Below are positions 61,478 through 64,000 of a DNA stretch of 64,000 nucleotides, in pieces. The translations under genes were made by a program, and so were the position numbers. The stretch spans positions 114,407 to 178,406 of the forward strand of contig NW_005434605.1 of assembly GCF_000315625.1 (NCBI RefSeq). Reading direction: 5' to 3'. The stretch comes from Guillardia theta CCMP2712 (lineage: Eukaryota; Protista; Cryptophyta). A model generated the notes under the pieces. The model made no database searches, had not been told where the DNA came from, and was given only the letters and a program-made list of their open reading frames with translations. The first letter of the stretch is position 1. Every line of letters begins with the position of its first letter.

Positions 61478-62933
61478 CCTTGAGGAGACCAGGAGGACGG
61501 CAGGAGCGGGCGAGGTCAGGAGGGGCTTCGCGCCATGCTCCTGGGAGCTTCGTCGAGGATGGGGTATGAGGGGGGAAGAGGGTACGAAACACATCAGAGT
61601 TTGACGACGGCCGGGCCCGGCCCGGGCCGGGCCCCGGGCCGAGGGTCCGGGCAACAGATTATGACATACTATAAATGGCTCCAGATGGCAGACTTGGATC
61701 AACTCAGGAACTTGTAATGGTTTTCTCCTGATGACCAAAAACTTATGAAAATACAGTTGAGAAAATGTTGTTTACGATCAACGCAACAGAATCCAAATTC
61801 AAAATGGTTTCACCATTCACCAAGAACTCTCGTCAAAGACTCGGACAATCATGCTACGGACAAAAATCCTTCTCTCAGAGACCATGGAGTCAAGGAGTAC
61901 CTGTGCCTGTTCAAGACGTAAGCAGGTCAGATTTCCGAGTTCATTGCGCCGCTGGGTATCATGTGCAGGGGCCAAAGACGGTTATTAATGAGATCACAGA
62001 GTCAAGAGAAGTTTTTCAAGGCTGATCCGAGCCGACGAGCTGGCAGAGTTGCCTACGTCATGAGTACACAGAGCTGTAGGCAACACGGTAAACTGATTGG
62101 CTGGAACTAGCCGAGCGTGTGGTGATAACAGTGTTAGTGACCAGACCTTGGATGAAGTAGAGACCGTGAAGAATGTGCACATCCAAAGTCACGCTTGGAT
62201 TGACTTCGTCACGAAAGGGAGCAGCTTTGCCCGGGAGGTCGCGTCGAATTGAAGCGAAGTGGTTCGAAGAAATTCAGACAAGCTGAATATGGTGAAGGGA
62301 GATGACGGAACATACACAACGTTGTCAAGATTCAGCCGAAATGTTTCGAACCATATGAAAAGTGGTTTGAGACATCTCCGTTATGCATAAGCTGAATGCA
62401 TGATCGTACATTTGTCAAGAGGGAACCTTATTCACAGCCCGGATAGATGGTGATCCGCCAGGTACCAGAGAAACCGTTGAACCGCAAAGCGTCAGCATGA
62501 AGAAGACCATCCGTACCTGCCGTGAAGGGAAGAAAGGCCTTCGGAAGTTGATGGGTGGCATAACTTTAGCGATGATCCGAAATCTTCTCAGCGTTGGGCG
62601 GGGCCGGAGAGCGAATGCACTGGCCGAAAGGCCGACCGAGAACGGTGGCAGCCCATTCCCGGAGGTGTGGGTGGAAGGGCCAGGGAGCCAAAGGTCGCCC
62701 ATGATGTGTCGGTTGGTGGGGCCATGCTGAGGGACGAGCGTCGGAGGGTCCGGGGAGTCACGGAGTCCCGGCCGGGCGGGTGTGTCGCAGTCCCTGCTGA
62801 TGCGACATCTGTCGTCACCGTATGACGACAATTGGCCATACGAGAGACACTGCTTCTCGCCGATGGTTCTAGAGCTGTAGCACAAGGATCACACTGAGGT
62901 GGGAGGCAGCCTGGCCGGTTCGTCGTACTTCAG

Positions 62934-62955
62934 TTTTAACTTAACTTTGAGTAAA
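62934..62955 (+). promoter_or_regulatory. Recurring intergenic element TTTTAACTTAACTTTGAGTAAA
   Basis: 22/22 identical to 13388-13409. Confidence 0.55.
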
Positions 62956-63570
62956 TGCTGTTTAGTTGGGGATGAGAGGGGACGAGGGCTATTCCAACGG
63001 AAACTTCTACCACCCACCTTACCCCTCCCAACTTTGGAAAGTTAAGGGGTAGGAGAAACAATTCCCATCGAGTTCATTACCCCTTATTTTGATATGTAAT
63101 ACATTGTTATTTCAGTGGTGGGTGATACTACCCCACCCATGAATGACTCCTCAGGGTGTTGATCACCCACCCTCCCATATTGCGCGTGTCAAAGGAACTG
63201 AAGCCCCATGCCCAAACTTCATGGCGGCGCCTCCTCCTTTTCCGTTCTCCTCCCCTGCTCACTGTCGTCTCCGTTGTGCTCCTCGCACTTGCACTCCATC
63301 TGATGTCATCTGATGTCCTCCTATCCTTTCTCAGTGCCGCAGTGCCCAGTCTCGCTGTAGCCTCTTGATGCTCCGAGTCTGATCGTCTCTTCCTCCCTCC
63401 CTCTCTTGCCACAGCTGTCCTCTCATCCTTTCTCCCTGCTTTCTTCACAAGGCTGCACTGCGTGATAAGACGAAACGTTTTCTCTGCGTTTCGTTTATCG
63501 CTTCCATGCTTGTGTTTCTCCTCTCTGCACATCGCTGATGACTTTTTGCCTTTCAGTTGGGTTGACCGCC

Positions 63571-64000
63571 ATGTCGACAACCTCCTTTCAGCCGCATAGC
63601 GCAGCCAACACTCTGGCAGCAAACCCCAACCATCTCGGAGCAGGGGGACATTTCCGCAGCGACTACAAGAAGTCGCATGCCTTCGATTACAGGCACGGGG
63701 CTCCCTTCGAGCGCGACCGCAACGCTCGCTCACCGTCTCGCTCCTCTCCTGACGTCTCCATGAGGCTCGTCGCTCCGAAGCCTCCGGTCACAATCAGGGG
63801 AATGAGCGCCTATGGAAACATCCTTGCCGATGGTTTGGATGACGCGGTGTCGGACGATGGCCGATCCTTCCGAGGAATAGATGGTCGAGACAGCTCCATG
63901 TCCATGGTGTCAGACTACACGCTGAGCTACGGTCTGGAGGCACTCGACAACGACAAGCTGGTCAAGAACGACGACGGAAGGTTCGTCCCTGCCTTCGTTG
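63571..64000 (+). CDS. Hypothetical protein, 3'-truncated by the window edge
   Basis: Open frame from GCCATG at 63571 (MSTTSFQPHS...) to the end of the window, with coding-like codon usage. Confidence 0.6.
   Translation, partial: MSTTSFQPHSAANTLAANPNHLGAGGHFRSDYKKSHAFDYRHGAPFERDRNARSPSRSSPDVSMRLVAPKPPVTIRGMSAYGNILADGLDDAVSDDGRSFRGIDGRDSSMSMVSDYTLSYGLEALDNDKLVKNDDGRFVPAFV

Noticed and set aside
1-64000. tRNA, rRNA or snRNA genes
   Set aside because: None recognised by eye. tRNAscan-SE and Infernal would be needed to exclude them.

Overview
This is eukaryotic nuclear DNA: gene-dense, GC-rich, standard genetic code, with many short (~45-60 nt) GT-AG introns and other introns filled with simple repeats. 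Bipartite signal+transit presequences and an LRLRGG-ending leader suggest an alga with a complex red plastid, most likely a cryptophyte such as Guillardia or Hanusia (inference). About 19 genes can be reconstructed by hand. They include two inverted, near-identical GT25-type glycosyltransferase genes (1-2328 + and 13620-16438 -). These enclose a plastid-type NAD(P)-binding protein gene and a large four-domain voltage-gated cation channel gene. Next come a decayed P-element-like transposase, a CaaX EF-hand protein, a secretory DnaJ protein, Spc25, TMEM260/DUF2723, a RING protein and a signal-peptide-bearing 14-3-3. Further on are a PDZ/Sfi1-like protein, a CCDC87-like protein, an ankyrin-UBA-LsmAD protein, an AI-2E transporter, two mitochondrial-carrier-family genes and a double-ARID SWI/SNF-like subunit. 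Four observations stand out. (1) The 14-3-3 presequence ends in the ubiquitin C-terminal hexapeptide LRLRGG. (2) The channel has an N-terminal PDZ, a C-terminal TPR, Sfi1-like motifs and a non-canonical V/E/S/D filter. (3) The GT25 pair is almost identical except for two deeply diverged patches, a gene-conversion signature. (4) Intergenic DNA repeats one layout: CCGG islands, strand-skewed GGGT tracts and a recurring AACTTAACTTTGAGTAAA element. Exon boundaries were derived by eye and multi-exon coordinates are outer spans. No database searches were run.
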